Assembly: GCA_963664705.1 (NCBI GenBank)
Contig: OY761556.1
Location: forward strand, 6,830,880 to 6,894,879
From: Acidobacteriota bacterium
Lineage (GTDB): Bacteria > Acidobacteriota > UBA6911
DNA: 64,000 nucleotides
Direction of reading: 5' to 3'
In this document: positions 20,901 to 30,294 of the stretch, one piece after another
Position numbering within the stretch: the stretch's first letter is position 1
Layout of the letters: each line of letters opens with the position of its first letter
Position numbers and translations under genes: made by a program
Notes under the pieces: model-generated
What the model saw: only the letters and a program-made list of their open reading frames with translations
Told to the model about the DNA's origin: nothing
Databases searched by the model: none

Positions 20901-22303
20901 GAACACCGTCTTCCCGAGTCGGGTCAGTGGCTCTTTCTGTTTTCGATCCCAACGTCCGGAGCCCGTACATCCAGAGCCTGACGCTGGCAGTTACTCGCAA
21001 CATAGGATCCTTCCTTACTGCGGATGTCCGCTATATAGGAACGCTGAGCCGGAAACAGCTGGGGGGCACAAATCTAAATTCCGTCAATTTTGTTAACAAC
21101 GGATTGCGGGATGCTTTTGACTTGGCGCGAGCCGGACTGGAATCCCCGTTGCTGGATAAGCTAATTCTACCCAAAACGCTCACGGCCACGGGTATGACCG
21201 GAGCCAGCCAATTGCGCGCTTCCACCACGACCCTGAGGGCGCTGGCAATAGGCGATTACGCTTCATTGGCATCCGCTCTGGCGGCGACCAACGGTGTCCT
21301 CAAGCTGCCCTCCACTGTGAGCGGTGGTGTTCTCCGAAACAGTGGGACGCCAGAAAATTTCATTCTGACAAACCCCCAATATTCTTCCGCCAACTGGAAT
21401 GCCAATCTCGACAATTCAAACTACCACTCAATGCAGACGCAGATTACTCTGCGGCCGACCCATGGGCTCAGTTTCCAGGCCTCATATACCTGGAGCAAAA
21501 ACCTTGGATATATGGGAACTGTAACGGACCCGCTCAATCGTGCCCTGGATTATGGAATCCTCAGCACCAACCGTCCGCACAACTTCTCAACGTACGGCCA
21601 ATACACTCTGCCGTTCGGTCCGAATGGATATCTATTCCGTAATTCTACCGGGCTGAAACAGAAGTTCGTGGAGGGCTGGAATTTGAGCTGGATTTCCTAC
21701 CTATACAGTGGAGTGCCTTCTTCCATTACAACAACCAACTCCATGTGGGCTAACGGGCAACCGGATCTTGTCCGGGCAGAACTGTTTTCCCGTGATAGCG
21801 GTCATGTGGTATGGCCTGACGGCGCCCGGTATGGTCAATATTATGCGCGCCAAGATGGAACGCCGCTGTACACACGAGTCGCAGATCCTCAGTGTGATTC
21901 GGTGGCTTCCAGTCTGAAGGCCACTTGCCAGACAAGCCTATATGCTCTCGCCTATGTAAATCCAGATGGATCAACCGGGCCGGTTGTCTTCCAGCATCCG
22001 CAGCCGGGCGTCCGGGGTAACTTTGCGGCCAACCAGCTCCAAGCGCAGGGTAGATGGGGGATGGATATGTCTGCCAGCAAAAGTGTTCAATTCATGGAAG
22101 GCAAGAGCTTTACCCTGCGTTTCGATATCAAGAATGTGTTCAATCACGCAACCCCTTCAAATGGCAACACCACGTATAACTCACGAGATTATAACGTGAG
22201 TGGGCCTTCACTGGGGAATACCAGCAATACCAGCCCGTTCGGAAGCCTTTATTACAAGACCGGGCATAGAGTCTTCTCTGCGAAACTCCAAGTGAATTTC
22301 TAA
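17936..22303 (+). CDS. TonB-dependent receptor, Oar-like, with carboxypeptidase-regulatory N-domain
   Basis: GTVQDATKGVLPGATVT, TKSGTNTFHGS, GGPLIKNKTFFF, DDWKI...LTLNLGIRYDY, terminal Phe. Confidence 0.95.
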   Translation: MPKKVVLYKWFALVAVLLPCFLVSVQAFGQTLSSLSGTVQDATKGVLPGATVTATNTATGVATTTITNNAGVYNMPALQPGTYRVSAQMNGFQTNIVTGVKLDVASQVRFNFELAIAGVSSQVEISTSADNLLLESSSTTGAVLTQDNVAKLPLLGNNIMELSNIMGGVVRQEDSIFYNDQQSFAGVKGGNINIQRDGVTVSDARYSSGIVSPSRLNPEMVSEFKMVLTPVDAEMGRGAGQVQVLTKSGTNTFHGSGVWSNLNTGIDANEWDNNRTGTGIDYSNVNEYTITVGGPLIKNKTFFFGSWNQNIVRMRSTVRTPVLTNCARKGIFRYFDGWIGANTQTSISRTANAQTRPVTDSQGNPLVPTDNVNGTPYSGVGTVPSYQGLNYFSVLGQLTPSARQQVLADPVNCSAYAPNGLSYDASLATQQGFNGIVAGSSWDTHRLGYDSSGYISRFSALMPVANDFYGGGSASWGDGLNVADHKWTRTTPGKDTVYGTGYDNQRRSLNFKIDHNISSNHKLSGAYSYEADDATAADQTWPMPNGFPGSTLRNPQTFSLNYTATLRPTLLNEFRFGLAYNWMHSEDPMTGIYGTQMKELLQKLLPTSDWPDWKSMPVVVGPGAYRTLFSPDTYIAQTPSETAVIATPIAASNPYGSRNWYQITWGGEDKRWTWGDTMTWVKGSHSFRFGGEYRWTRIGQQGNGTQGATWRSSGTTPFVLGGDGGIDTAAAAGFQNISGLVGTTKQGLNPTGSYQQAYNLLSYLSGSVGELRQWYFVNSAKNLSWNDPAKGELNQDLPILQREFSFFFKDDWKIANNLTLNLGIRYDYYGVPWVDRGMTVGLEGGSQSLFGGSQGGFSNWLQNNASYDASKETVLQFIGPDSPHPDQSAYNKDLNNFGPAIGFAWQLPWLGKGKTTVRGGYQASFVPVAAGASFAGIIGGATGTVYQAIYHGDANVRDGYMDMSMVRDMIPITKVPAIQAQNIQPLQKRTPSSRVGSVALSVFDPNVRSPYIQSLTLAVTRNIGSFLTADVRYIGTLSRKQLGGTNLNSVNFVNNGLRDAFDLARAGLESPLLDKLILPKTLTATGMTGASQLRASTTTLRALAIGDYASLASALAATNGVLKLPSTVSGGVLRNSGTPENFILTNPQYSSANWNANLDNSNYHSMQTQITLRPTHGLSFQASYTWSKNLGYMGTVTDPLNRALDYGILSTNRPHNFSTYGQYTLPFGPNGYLFRNSTGLKQKFVEGWNLSWISYLYSGVPSSITTTNSMWANGQPDLVRAELFSRDSGHVVWPDGARYGQYYARQDGTPLYTRVADPQCDSVASSLKATCQTSLYALAYVNPDGSTGPVVFQHPQPGVRGNFAANQLQAQGRWGMDMSASKSVQFMEGKSFTLRFDIKNVFNHATPSNGNTTYNSRDYNVSGPSLGNTSNTSPFGSLYYKTGHRVFSAKLQVNF

Positions 22304-22395
22304 GGGGTAGGTTATTTCCTCCAATCGCGGGAATTGTGACAAAGATGTCATGGTTCCCGCGAATCCTTAACAGACTGTGTGGGTAAGAGGTAGAT

Positions 22396-24168
22396 ATGAA
22401 ATTTCGGGCATTATTTATGCCATCAATAATTCTTTTAACATCATTCATCTCATCCATGGGAATGGCAGCCGATGAAGGGAAAATTGTGGTTATGAATCCC
22501 CGAGGGATCATGCCGGAGATCCGGAAGATACCCATGGCTCCGCGATTCGACACGCTGGACGGAAAAACGGTTTACATGGTCGATACCAAATATCCGAATA
22601 CCAAGCCGTTTGTCCAAGAACTATTCGCTGGGTTGCAGGCAAAATATCCCAAGACAACATGGATATTGCGCGACAAACTCGGAAGCTACATGGATGACGA
22701 TCCCAATTTATGGAAGGAAATCAAATCAAAGAACGCCGGGGCTGTGGTTCTCCTGGGCCATTGAAGCAGCTGTTCGCCGTCGGTCGTCGGCCATGCAATT
22801 ACTCTGGAAAGAATGGGTGTGCCCACCGTCCCAATGGTCACGCAGCGATTTAAGGAACTCGTCACGTCGATTTCCTACAAGAAGGGGATTCCCAATATGC
22901 GGCTCACGTATACCCCCCATCCCATCACCGATAGACCAGCGGATGTCTGTCGCAAATATGTGGCGGGGAGCGATCCGCTGAGCGGAAAACCTATGCTGGA
23001 GCAGATATACAGCTCGTTAACCGCTCCCCTCTCGCAGGAAGATAGAAAAGCAGGTTTTCTAAAGAGGGATACCCGCGTACGGTTGCTTCCCCCGGATAAT
23101 CCCAAAAGACTCATGGATTATTTCCACGAACAGGGTTTCACGGACGGAAACCCTGTTGTTCTTCCGACGGAAGAGCTGGTTACGGAAATGCTGAAAGCAA
23201 CAAGTCACAAGGGTGATGAGTGGGTCGGCAGCATGCGGGCTGCTCCTCCGCATGAAGCCTGGTATTACACGGTTGAAATGGTTGCAATCAATGCGGTCAT
23301 GGCCGGTGCTAAGCCTGAGTATTTCCCAACGCTTCTCGCGCTTGCATCCAAAGGAACCACTTCATTATTCAGTTCCACTTCCTCCTTTGCCAGGATGGTT
23401 GTACTGAACGGTCCTGCGGCAAAGGAAGTTGAAATGAACACAGGAATCGGAGCCCTTGGACCGCTGAGCCGCGCCAATTCTACGATCGGAAGATGTTGGA
23501 CCCTGATATCCAAAAATCTCGGTGCATCGGGGAAACCTGGAGAGACCTACCTGGGCAGCATGGGAAATCCCATCAACTACAACAATCTCTGTTTTGCGGA
23601 GAACGAAGAGGGATTGCCCGCTGGATGGAACCCGTTGCACGTGCAAAAAGGATTTAAGAAAAGCGATAGCGTTGTCAGCATTTTCAGTGGCTGGTCGATG
23701 AGCAACATTGCAACGTACATGTCCATACCGATGCACGAACTTGTCCGTGGATGGCTGGAGCATTTCTTCTCATTCGGCCTGAATAACGCAACGCTGATAT
23801 TAGATCCGATTGTTGCAGCTGACATCGCTGCCAAAGGATATGGATCGAAAGAGGCTTTTGCAAAATACCTGGCTGAAAACACCGGAACTCCGGACTGGGT
23901 GTACTGGGGGAATCATCCCAAAGAACTCCAGCAAGCCAAGGAAGGCGTTGAGCCCTATGCCGCATGGCTGAGCAAGGGACCGGGCAATACTATTCCAGTC
24001 TCACGCTATAGAGCTCCCACGGGCTCATTGGGCTTTATTTCATCTAAAGGCGACTATAATTCGCGCACTTCGATTGAAGTTGTTGTAACCGGCGGAGGGA
24101 CGAACACTTTCTGGGCTGGAGGCGATTTCAGTTATGTGGGGAGCGCGTCCGTGGATTACTGGAGATAG
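22396..24168 (+). CDS. UGSC-family selenoprotein (Sec at TGA 22762-22764, motif U-S-S-C), exported
   Basis: Track ORFs 22396-22764 and 22813-24168 are in frame; read-through gives LLGH-U-SSCSPSVVGHAITLERMGVPTV; TDGNPVVLPTEE C-domain; signal peptide. Confidence 0.88.
22765..22795 (+). promoter_or_regulatory. Putative bacterial SECIS
   Basis: GCCG-UC-GGUC-GU-CGGC hairpin begins after an 11-nt spacer 3' of the UGA, with a G-containing apical loop. Confidence 0.6.
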
Positions 24169-24181
24169 GAGGCGGGAAAGC

Positions 24182-24751
24182 ATGAAATGCAGATTAACCC
24201 TTTTGGCAGCGTTCATGATGGCAGCGATTGCCTCATATGCACAGCAAATGGGAATTATAGAAAATAATTCCCCGTCGAATCCTGCAGCTGTCAACACGGC
24301 AGTTCGATCAATGGTCGAGCTTGGGTCGTCATATGCCAACATTTATGACATAACGATTGCAGTGATGGAGACTGTTCGTGGAAATGCTGCCATGGAACGC
24401 CTGAAGGCAGCCGATCCTAATGTCAAAACGCCTGCTGCTGGGTTCGAGTATGTGCTGGCACGCGTTAAGTTCGAGTTTAAGGGCAGGTATGTAAACGACA
24501 ACCTGGCGTTTGATTTGGGAGATGAACCACTTCAATGGGTTGCGCTATCCGGAACAGACCTGACGGAATATGACAGAGTATCGATCTCCATCCCCAAACC
24601 TGCACTGACGGGGAGAATCAAGCCTGGAAGTTATATGGAAGGCTGGGTTGGGTTTGCTGTCTCGCAGCAGGATAACAAACCGGTGATGGTGTTTGATCCG
24701 GATGCGGGCGGCGCCACAGGGCGCGGACGGACATTATTCTTTAGGCTGTAG
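24182..24751 (+). CDS. Exported Ig-like protein (DUF4352-like)
   Basis: Signal peptide; PAAGFEYVLARV...IKPGSYMEGWVGFAV; operonic with the selenoprotein. Confidence 0.6.
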   Translation: MKCRLTLLAAFMMAAIASYAQQMGIIENNSPSNPAAVNTAVRSMVELGSSYANIYDITIAVMETVRGNAAMERLKAADPNVKTPAAGFEYVLARVKFEFKGRYVNDNLAFDLGDEPLQWVALSGTDLTEYDRVSISIPKPALTGRIKPGSYMEGWVGFAVSQQDNKPVMVFDPDAGGATGRGRTLFFRL

Positions 24752-24855
24752 TAATCCCCAAAAAACTTGTGAAATCCGCGGCAACCGTTTTCCCCGCGGG
24801 TTTCACGAGTTCTTCCGCCTTTTCGCCTATCAATTTCCAATTGAAGGTAGGTCTG

Positions 24856-27813
24856 CTACCTTAGTTTTTGAAGAAGAATATGAGCTTCTCGGAAATCAGC
24901 GGTCTCATGTCCTTCTTTGAACCACGAATATATTTGTTTGAGGCGTCTGTGGGCTTCTTTGGACCGGCCCAATTTCTGAAGGCATTTTGCAAGGCTGATG
25001 GTGGCGCGAAGCTCTAGGCTTTTGGTCCCCTGCTTCCGGGCAATAAGAATTGCGGTTTCCAAATAATACGTCATTTCTGCGAGTTGCAGATCTTTCGAAT
25101 CCTGAGTCTTCTCCAGGGACATTTTCTGGAGAAGGCACTCTCCGTGGAGTCGATGCAGTTCGGCATCCATATGGTTTATTCCAGTACTGCCGGCCACATC
25201 GAGTGCCTCGCCCACCGCCTTCAGTCCTTCATCAATCTGGCCGCCATTTAGCAAAAGATCGGAATACAGAGTTAGCACCAGGGGTTTCAACCCGGACGCG
25301 CCATAGGATCGAATCACCTCCAGGGCGCAGCGTATCTGCTCAAACCCGTTCTCTGTCTGCCCTTTTTTGGCCAGCGCCCACCCATAAAGGCTGCGAATAT
25401 GTGCCAGCCATGGCTCTCCAAAATTGTGTTCTACCGCAAGGTCGAATGCAGTTTTGGCATGCTCAAATGTCTTTTGGATATCCCTTCGTTCCAGATGGAC
25501 TCTGGCTTTGAGCAGTCGGGCAAAGAGGCTGTTTTTCAAATCCTCAGCCTCACAGTCACGCAGAAGTATCTTCTCAAGACTGGCCAGGGCTCTATCTGGA
25601 TAGCCGATATACCATAGAGCCAGCGCGGCCAGGGAATGGCTATATGCATTATTGCTTCTTCTGAAGTGTTTGAGTGCAGGTGCAAATTCACCATGATCCA
25701 TGAGGAGCCATCCAAGAGCATAATGGGCATGATCAAGCATGGCAGGATTGCGGTCCATTTCAGCTACATGCATCATCCGTTCCGCAAAATCCAGGGCTGC
25801 CGCGTATTCGGCATGAATCCAATGATAGCTCCACAATCCATATAGAGCCCGGTACAATATCGATCTTTTGGCGGATTGTTTCCGTGCACTCAGTTTCCGA
25901 AAGAGAAACCTTGCCGTACTGAACGCCAGCTTGGCCTCTTTATCGCCCATTCCGCGAGACAAAATTACAGCGTTGCCCAGGCAATTTTGCAATTGCACTT
26001 CGAGCTCGATACGGTCGGCGCTCTCGGGCATATTCGAGATCAACTGTAACCCCTGGCCAGCCAGTTCCAGAGCATCGTGGCCGGCATATCTGGAGATGGC
26101 CTTTTCTGCAGCGTTCAGATAATACTGCACTGCCTTCGACGGATTTCCTCCGCGATCCATGTGCATCGCCAGCAGGGAGGCCAAATCATCCTGATCGCTT
26201 TTTGTTCTTCGAAGGTATTCGGCTATCTTCCGGTGGTACTGCACCCGGACTTTTTCGGACAGAAGCTGGTAGAATGTCTGCTGATATAAAGAATGGACGA
26301 ATTTATAGCTGATAGTCCTTGCGCCGCCATAGATCGCAACCTGGATGAACTGGTTTTGTCCCGCAAGTGATTGAAAGGCCGCCGCCACAACTCCCGGTTT
26401 GCCTCCGATAATCGAGGCAACCCCCGTAGCGGAGAATTCCACCCCTTCAACGCTTGCAGCCTTCAAAAGTTCTTGTTCTTCAACGGTACATCTTAGGAGT
26501 TGTCTCTCAATGATCTGCTGAATGGTCGGAGGCACAAGCTTCGCGGCTGTCTTGAGATTATCCTCCAATACCCAACGACTATTGCGGAGCACCAAAATGT
26601 TTTGAGCCATCAGCTGGCTCAAAACATTTATCATAAAAAGCGGATTGCCGCTTGTCCTCTCGCGTATCCATGCGGCAAAGTGATTTGGTAATTTGTGGCT
26701 CGGATAGCAAGACCGCAAGTATTCCGCTACCTCTGATTCATCAAGCGGAGGTATCGGCAGATCTTTGCAAAGTTGTCGCGCCTGCAATTCCTCCTTCATG
26801 CTTTTTAGGCGATCGTTGGAAGAAGTTTCCTGCGGGCGACAGGTGGCAATCAGCAGAAGTTTGGATAGGCCCTTTCTTTGCGTCCAATAGGATATGAACT
26901 CGAGAGTGGAGTAATCGCTCCAATGTAAATCCTCCAGAATCAATATCATGGGTTTTTCGCAAGTCAGGACTTCAAGTGCCTCGGCTATTTCCCTCATCAT
27001 GTGTTCTTGGTTGGAACCAGTGGCAGACCAGGAAGTCGGCTTTTTTGCGGCTTGCGTCAACTTAGGCATCAGGGGCAACCAGAGTGGGGCGTGACGCCTT
27101 AAAACACTGGCAGTGCGATTCCTGTTGCCACTGCCGCTGATCCCGATGATAGCTTCTATAAGGGGCATATAGGATTCATTCGGTCCATGCGATATAACGC
27201 ATTGTCCCCGGGCAATCAGGCCGTTCTGATACTTTTCGTTGGATTTGTCTTTCAAACTCTCTATGAATGCATCGACCAGCCGGGTTTTTCCGACACCCTC
27301 ATTTCCAGAGATAAAGATTGTCTGCCGAGTACCGGCGGCTGCTTCCTTAAGTCCATTCTGTAACTGTGCCAGTTCAGTGGCCCTTCCTACCAGCTGTTGG
27401 TTGAGAACACCAGGCTTTCTGGCAGACGTTTCTATTAAAGCTTTAGGGCCGAATTCCTCAAAATACTGCTCATCGGTTTCCGCAATAAAACAAAACCCAC
27501 GGCAGCTAACGGTCTCGATGAACTTGGGATATTTCGCACTGTCGTTGAGAGCTTGTCTTATCTCGGCTACACAATGATTCAAGGCTTCTTCACCAACATG
27601 GCTGCCCTTCCAAATCTCGCTAAGTAATTCGCGTTTTGTCATCAATCGCTTTGGCTGCTTGGCAAGCATCAGAAGAAGGGCATAGGTTTTTGGACGCAAG
27701 CGGATTCTCTCAGGTCCTTTCCAGAGTAGCTCGCTCTCCACATCCAGAGAAAATTCTCCAAAACAAATATGGCGATGGGTGGTCACAGATTTTCCTAGGT
27801 TGTCCAAGTGCAC
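24856..27813 (-). CDS. Winged-HTH / AAA+ (STAND-like) / TPR transcriptional regulator
   Basis: OmpR/CadC-type wHTH (FIETVSCRGFCF), LVGRATEL, Walker A GNEGVGKT, Walker B LILEDLHWSD, SGNPLF, SLELRATISLA tail. Confidence 0.9.
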   Translation of the reverse strand: MHLDNLGKSVTTHRHICFGEFSLDVESELLWKGPERIRLRPKTYALLLMLAKQPKRLMTKRELLSEIWKGSHVGEEALNHCVAEIRQALNDSAKYPKFIETVSCRGFCFIAETDEQYFEEFGPKALIETSARKPGVLNQQLVGRATELAQLQNGLKEAAAGTRQTIFISGNEGVGKTRLVDAFIESLKDKSNEKYQNGLIARGQCVISHGPNESYMPLIEAIIGISGSGNRNRTASVLRRHAPLWLPLMPKLTQAAKKPTSWSATGSNQEHMMREIAEALEVLTCEKPMILILEDLHWSDYSTLEFISYWTQRKGLSKLLLIATCRPQETSSNDRLKSMKEELQARQLCKDLPIPPLDESEVAEYLRSCYPSHKLPNHFAAWIRERTSGNPLFMINVLSQLMAQNILVLRNSRWVLEDNLKTAAKLVPPTIQQIIERQLLRCTVEEQELLKAASVEGVEFSATGVASIIGGKPGVVAAAFQSLAGQNQFIQVAIYGGARTISYKFVHSLYQQTFYQLLSEKVRVQYHRKIAEYLRRTKSDQDDLASLLAMHMDRGGNPSKAVQYYLNAAEKAISRYAGHDALELAGQGLQLISNMPESADRIELEVQLQNCLGNAVILSRGMGDKEAKLAFSTARFLFRKLSARKQSAKRSILYRALYGLWSYHWIHAEYAAALDFAERMMHVAEMDRNPAMLDHAHYALGWLLMDHGEFAPALKHFRRSNNAYSHSLAALALWYIGYPDRALASLEKILLRDCEAEDLKNSLFARLLKARVHLERRDIQKTFEHAKTAFDLAVEHNFGEPWLAHIRSLYGWALAKKGQTENGFEQIRCALEVIRSYGASGLKPLVLTLYSDLLLNGGQIDEGLKAVGEALDVAGSTGINHMDAELHRLHGECLLQKMSLEKTQDSKDLQLAEMTYYLETAILIARKQGTKSLELRATISLAKCLQKLGRSKEAHRRLKQIYSWFKEGHETADFREAHILLQKLR

Positions 27814-28165
27814 TGAGAATGCTGGGCAGAAAGGCCCATGACTCGGTTGTCGCTAAAACCCTTATTATCCCGTATTATTCCTTTATCAGCAATAACCTAC
27901 AATATTTGTTGATGCGCGGAACAGGAATAGACCAATTGATATAGGCTAACAGTTTCTTGCGGTTTCGTTCACATCACATTTCTTTTAGTTGCCAAAAAGC
28001 GTATCTTCCCTCCGGAATATGCAATAGCCATGGCTGGTAAGCGACGCTGGCCCGAGTACGGTACCCGGAATTGCTATTTGATGCATCTTAGAGGCGATTC
28101 TTGGTTTCGGGAAAATCTGGGGTAAGTAAGAAATTGATGTATAAGTGTTCATTTACTAAAAAGAG

Positions 28166-28252
28166 CGGAGGAAGTAGGATTCGAACCCACGAGGGGGTTA
28201 CCCCCCTAACGGTTTTCAAGACCGCCGCCATCGACCACTCGGCCATTCCTCC
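28166..28252 (-). tRNA. tRNA-Ser (anticodon TGA)
   Basis: GGAGGAA/TTCCTCC acceptor stem, CT-TGA-AA anticodon loop, long variable arm, GGTTCGAATCC T-arm; CCA not encoded. Confidence 0.97.
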
Positions 28253-28274
28253 GCAGTCTTAAATCGTGGGGAAA

Positions 28275-28302
28275 ATTATACTTTCACTGCTGCATTTTGC
28301 AA
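28275..28302 (-). promoter_or_regulatory. Sigma-70 promoter of tRNA-Ser
   Basis: TTGCAA-16-TATAAT about 23 bp upstream of the tRNA 5' end. Confidence 0.6.
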
Positions 28303-28348
28303 GATGAAACGCCGGTTGAGAACTCGGAAAGAATCGGATGCCCCCGAT

Positions 28349-28846
28349 TTACCGGGCCCGATAGACCAATTCGCTGCGAGGAGATGGATGATGAGCGAGC
28401 GATATTGCCGCCGCCGCCCCTCCGAATACGGCGCCCATCACCGCCCCTACCTGAGCGCGTTCTCCGGCCGGCATGCTGTTCTGGTCCGCGATGGTGGCTG
28501 CGGACGCATATCCCAGGCCAAACCCGATTCCGAAGAGAATGCCGCCCGCAATCCCGGCCACTTTAGCCTTCGAGCCCGGCCTCATCCATTGGACCCGCGC
28601 AACCAGATCCTTGAGATAGGTTCGTTCCGTGCCATCTTCCTGCAACAGGATCGAGTCTTCCGTCAGGCGCACGAATTCGCCGCTGATGGTGCCTCCGCGC
28701 TTCAATTCAACCGTGATATCCGCCCGGGCGGGCAGGGACTGAACCTTATTCCAATTGCCGCCGGGCGGTTGAATCTCAACACTGCCAGCCCAGGCATTGG
28801 AGAGCATTACAAATACTAACAATATAGATGTGAGTGATTTTCGCAT
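28349..28846 (-). CDS. Hypothetical exported/membrane protein
   Basis: Signal peptide, Sm-like beta segment, glycine-rich hydrophobic C-terminal helices. Confidence 0.65.
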   Translation of the reverse strand: MRKSLTSILLVFVMLSNAWAGSVEIQPPGGNWNKVQSLPARADITVELKRGGTISGEFVRLTEDSILLQEDGTERTYLKDLVARVQWMRPGSKAKVAGIAGGILFGIGFGLGYASAATIADQNSMPAGERAQVGAVMGAVFGGAAAAISLAHHPSPRSELVYRAR

Positions 28847-28971
28847 TTTGATCTCCCGGATTTTTGAAGCTTTTTCCTGCGATCAATAGGTAATGCGAAA
28901 AACAGCGAAAAAACGGATCAGCCCGCCGCCGTGCTGCCCTCTGCTTCCTGCCACATCAGGCCTGGCAAACC

Positions 28972-30039
28972 CTATTTGGGAGCAGGGGGTAAGGGCCAGT
29001 TGCCGTCATAGGGTGGCCAATTGGGCACCAGCGCATCATCCTCCGGATAAAACATTGATGAGTAGACAGACCGAATCTTGCCCTGTTCAATCACGAACCA
29101 CTCGCTGAATACGTTGCGGCGCATTGCAACGCCAGGTTTGCGGAGAAATACTCCCAATCCCAGCACGACGCCGGCCTCTTCATCGACAATGGGGAAGCGC
29201 CGGGCTACCACGGCAAAAATATTCCGCATGGCGGCTTCGTTCATACAGTCCGTCTGGCCTTTAAAAACCCCCACTGAATCCTGCGGCGTATCTTTCGCAA
29301 CCTCGCGCTGCGTGGTGGAAAAGCCGTTCTCCAAGCGCACACACCCGGGGTGTGCCATCATGACTTTGCCGTTCTTTGCTGACAGCGAGTCGAAATAGCT
29401 GTTTGTGATGGCGATCAGATCATTGCGTGAGACCGAATCTGTCTTGGGCCGGACATTCTCCGGCGGCGGATTCTTCGTCAATTGTTCCGGGTCCCAGAAC
29501 GAAGCATTGGTTTGCGGGCCCGCGCCGACGCCCATGCCCGGGTCCCCCTTTCGTGACAGGTACCACTCGGCCTCCGATACCTTGCGATTTTCTATCTTCA
29601 GCCGCAAAGTCACGATAGCCGCTTCGCCCGATTTCTCCACGAGCGTTCCGAAGTAACCGGCGTTGCCTGTCACCGTGTCGAGGTATCGCCGCTGCACCTT
29701 GCCCAACGCTTTTGCCGTTTTCCAGATCCCCTGTCCCGGGCGGCTTACCACCGAGTTTTCGGTTTGCCGATAACCGGGAGCCAATGGCACCGCCCCATGG
29801 TTGTTCTGTACCACCGCATTCAGATATTGATCGAGCAACCCCTTCAGACATGCCCGATCACAATTCTGGGCGAACGCGTTCGACATTCCCAGGCCAACGA
29901 TGAGTGCCAATAAACAGCTTACTGAACGGATTTGCCTTGCCCGCGCCATGTTTGCCGCGCCGGCAGGTTGTCTTCCGATGAATCCGGCTGCAGTGTCTTT
30001 TGCCATCCCATGGCTCTTTAATCGAAAATCTCTTTTCAT
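28972..30039 (-). CDS. Uncharacterised exported protein (paralog 3 of 9173); start may be 29949
   Basis: CDRACL...YLNAV...RQTEN...GQGIWKT, YFDSL...CVRLENG. Confidence 0.75.
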   Translation of the reverse strand: MKRDFRLKSHGMAKDTAAGFIGRQPAGAANMARARQIRSVSCLLALIVGLGMSNAFAQNCDRACLKGLLDQYLNAVVQNNHGAVPLAPGYRQTENSVVSRPGQGIWKTAKALGKVQRRYLDTVTGNAGYFGTLVEKSGEAAIVTLRLKIENRKVSEAEWYLSRKGDPGMGVGAGPQTNASFWDPEQLTKNPPPENVRPKTDSVSRNDLIAITNSYFDSLSAKNGKVMMAHPGCVRLENGFSTTQREVAKDTPQDSVGVFKGQTDCMNEAAMRNIFAVVARRFPIVDEEAGVVLGLGVFLRKPGVAMRRNVFSEWFVIEQGKIRSVYSSMFYPEDDALVPNWPPYDGNWPLPPAPK

Positions 30040-30294
30040 AGGTTTTTTCCGATCCGTTTGAGGGCCGATCCGGAAACCATTCCCTGCCCGGCCGCCGGTG
30101 CAATTCGATTGGACAGCGCTCTGAAAATAGCTCCATTGTAATGAAATTGCCTATCGTCCGGAAGTAAAGATGCGGACCGAAAACCTCCCCTCCGACCCGG
30201 TCCCATTTGATAGCGGGCCGACATAAACGCATTGTGTCGTGACCGGATTTATCCAATAATCGGCTGGTAAAACGAGACCATCCTGGGAGGACTT

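Noticed and set aside
22762-22764. Nonsense-mutation pseudogenes at this TGA and at 39260-39262
   Set aside because: Both paralogs have TGA at the same aligned UxxC position followed by a SECIS-like hairpin, which argues for recoding.
24856-27813. Avs-type antiphage STAND defence protein
   Set aside because: The N-terminus is a DNA-binding winged HTH with no nuclease, TIR or SIR2 effector; the architecture fits a common regulator class.
28166-28252. tRNA-Sec, tempting because of the nearby selenoproteins
   Set aside because: The anticodon is TGA (reads UCA, Ser), not TCA, and the acceptor stem is the standard 7 bp.
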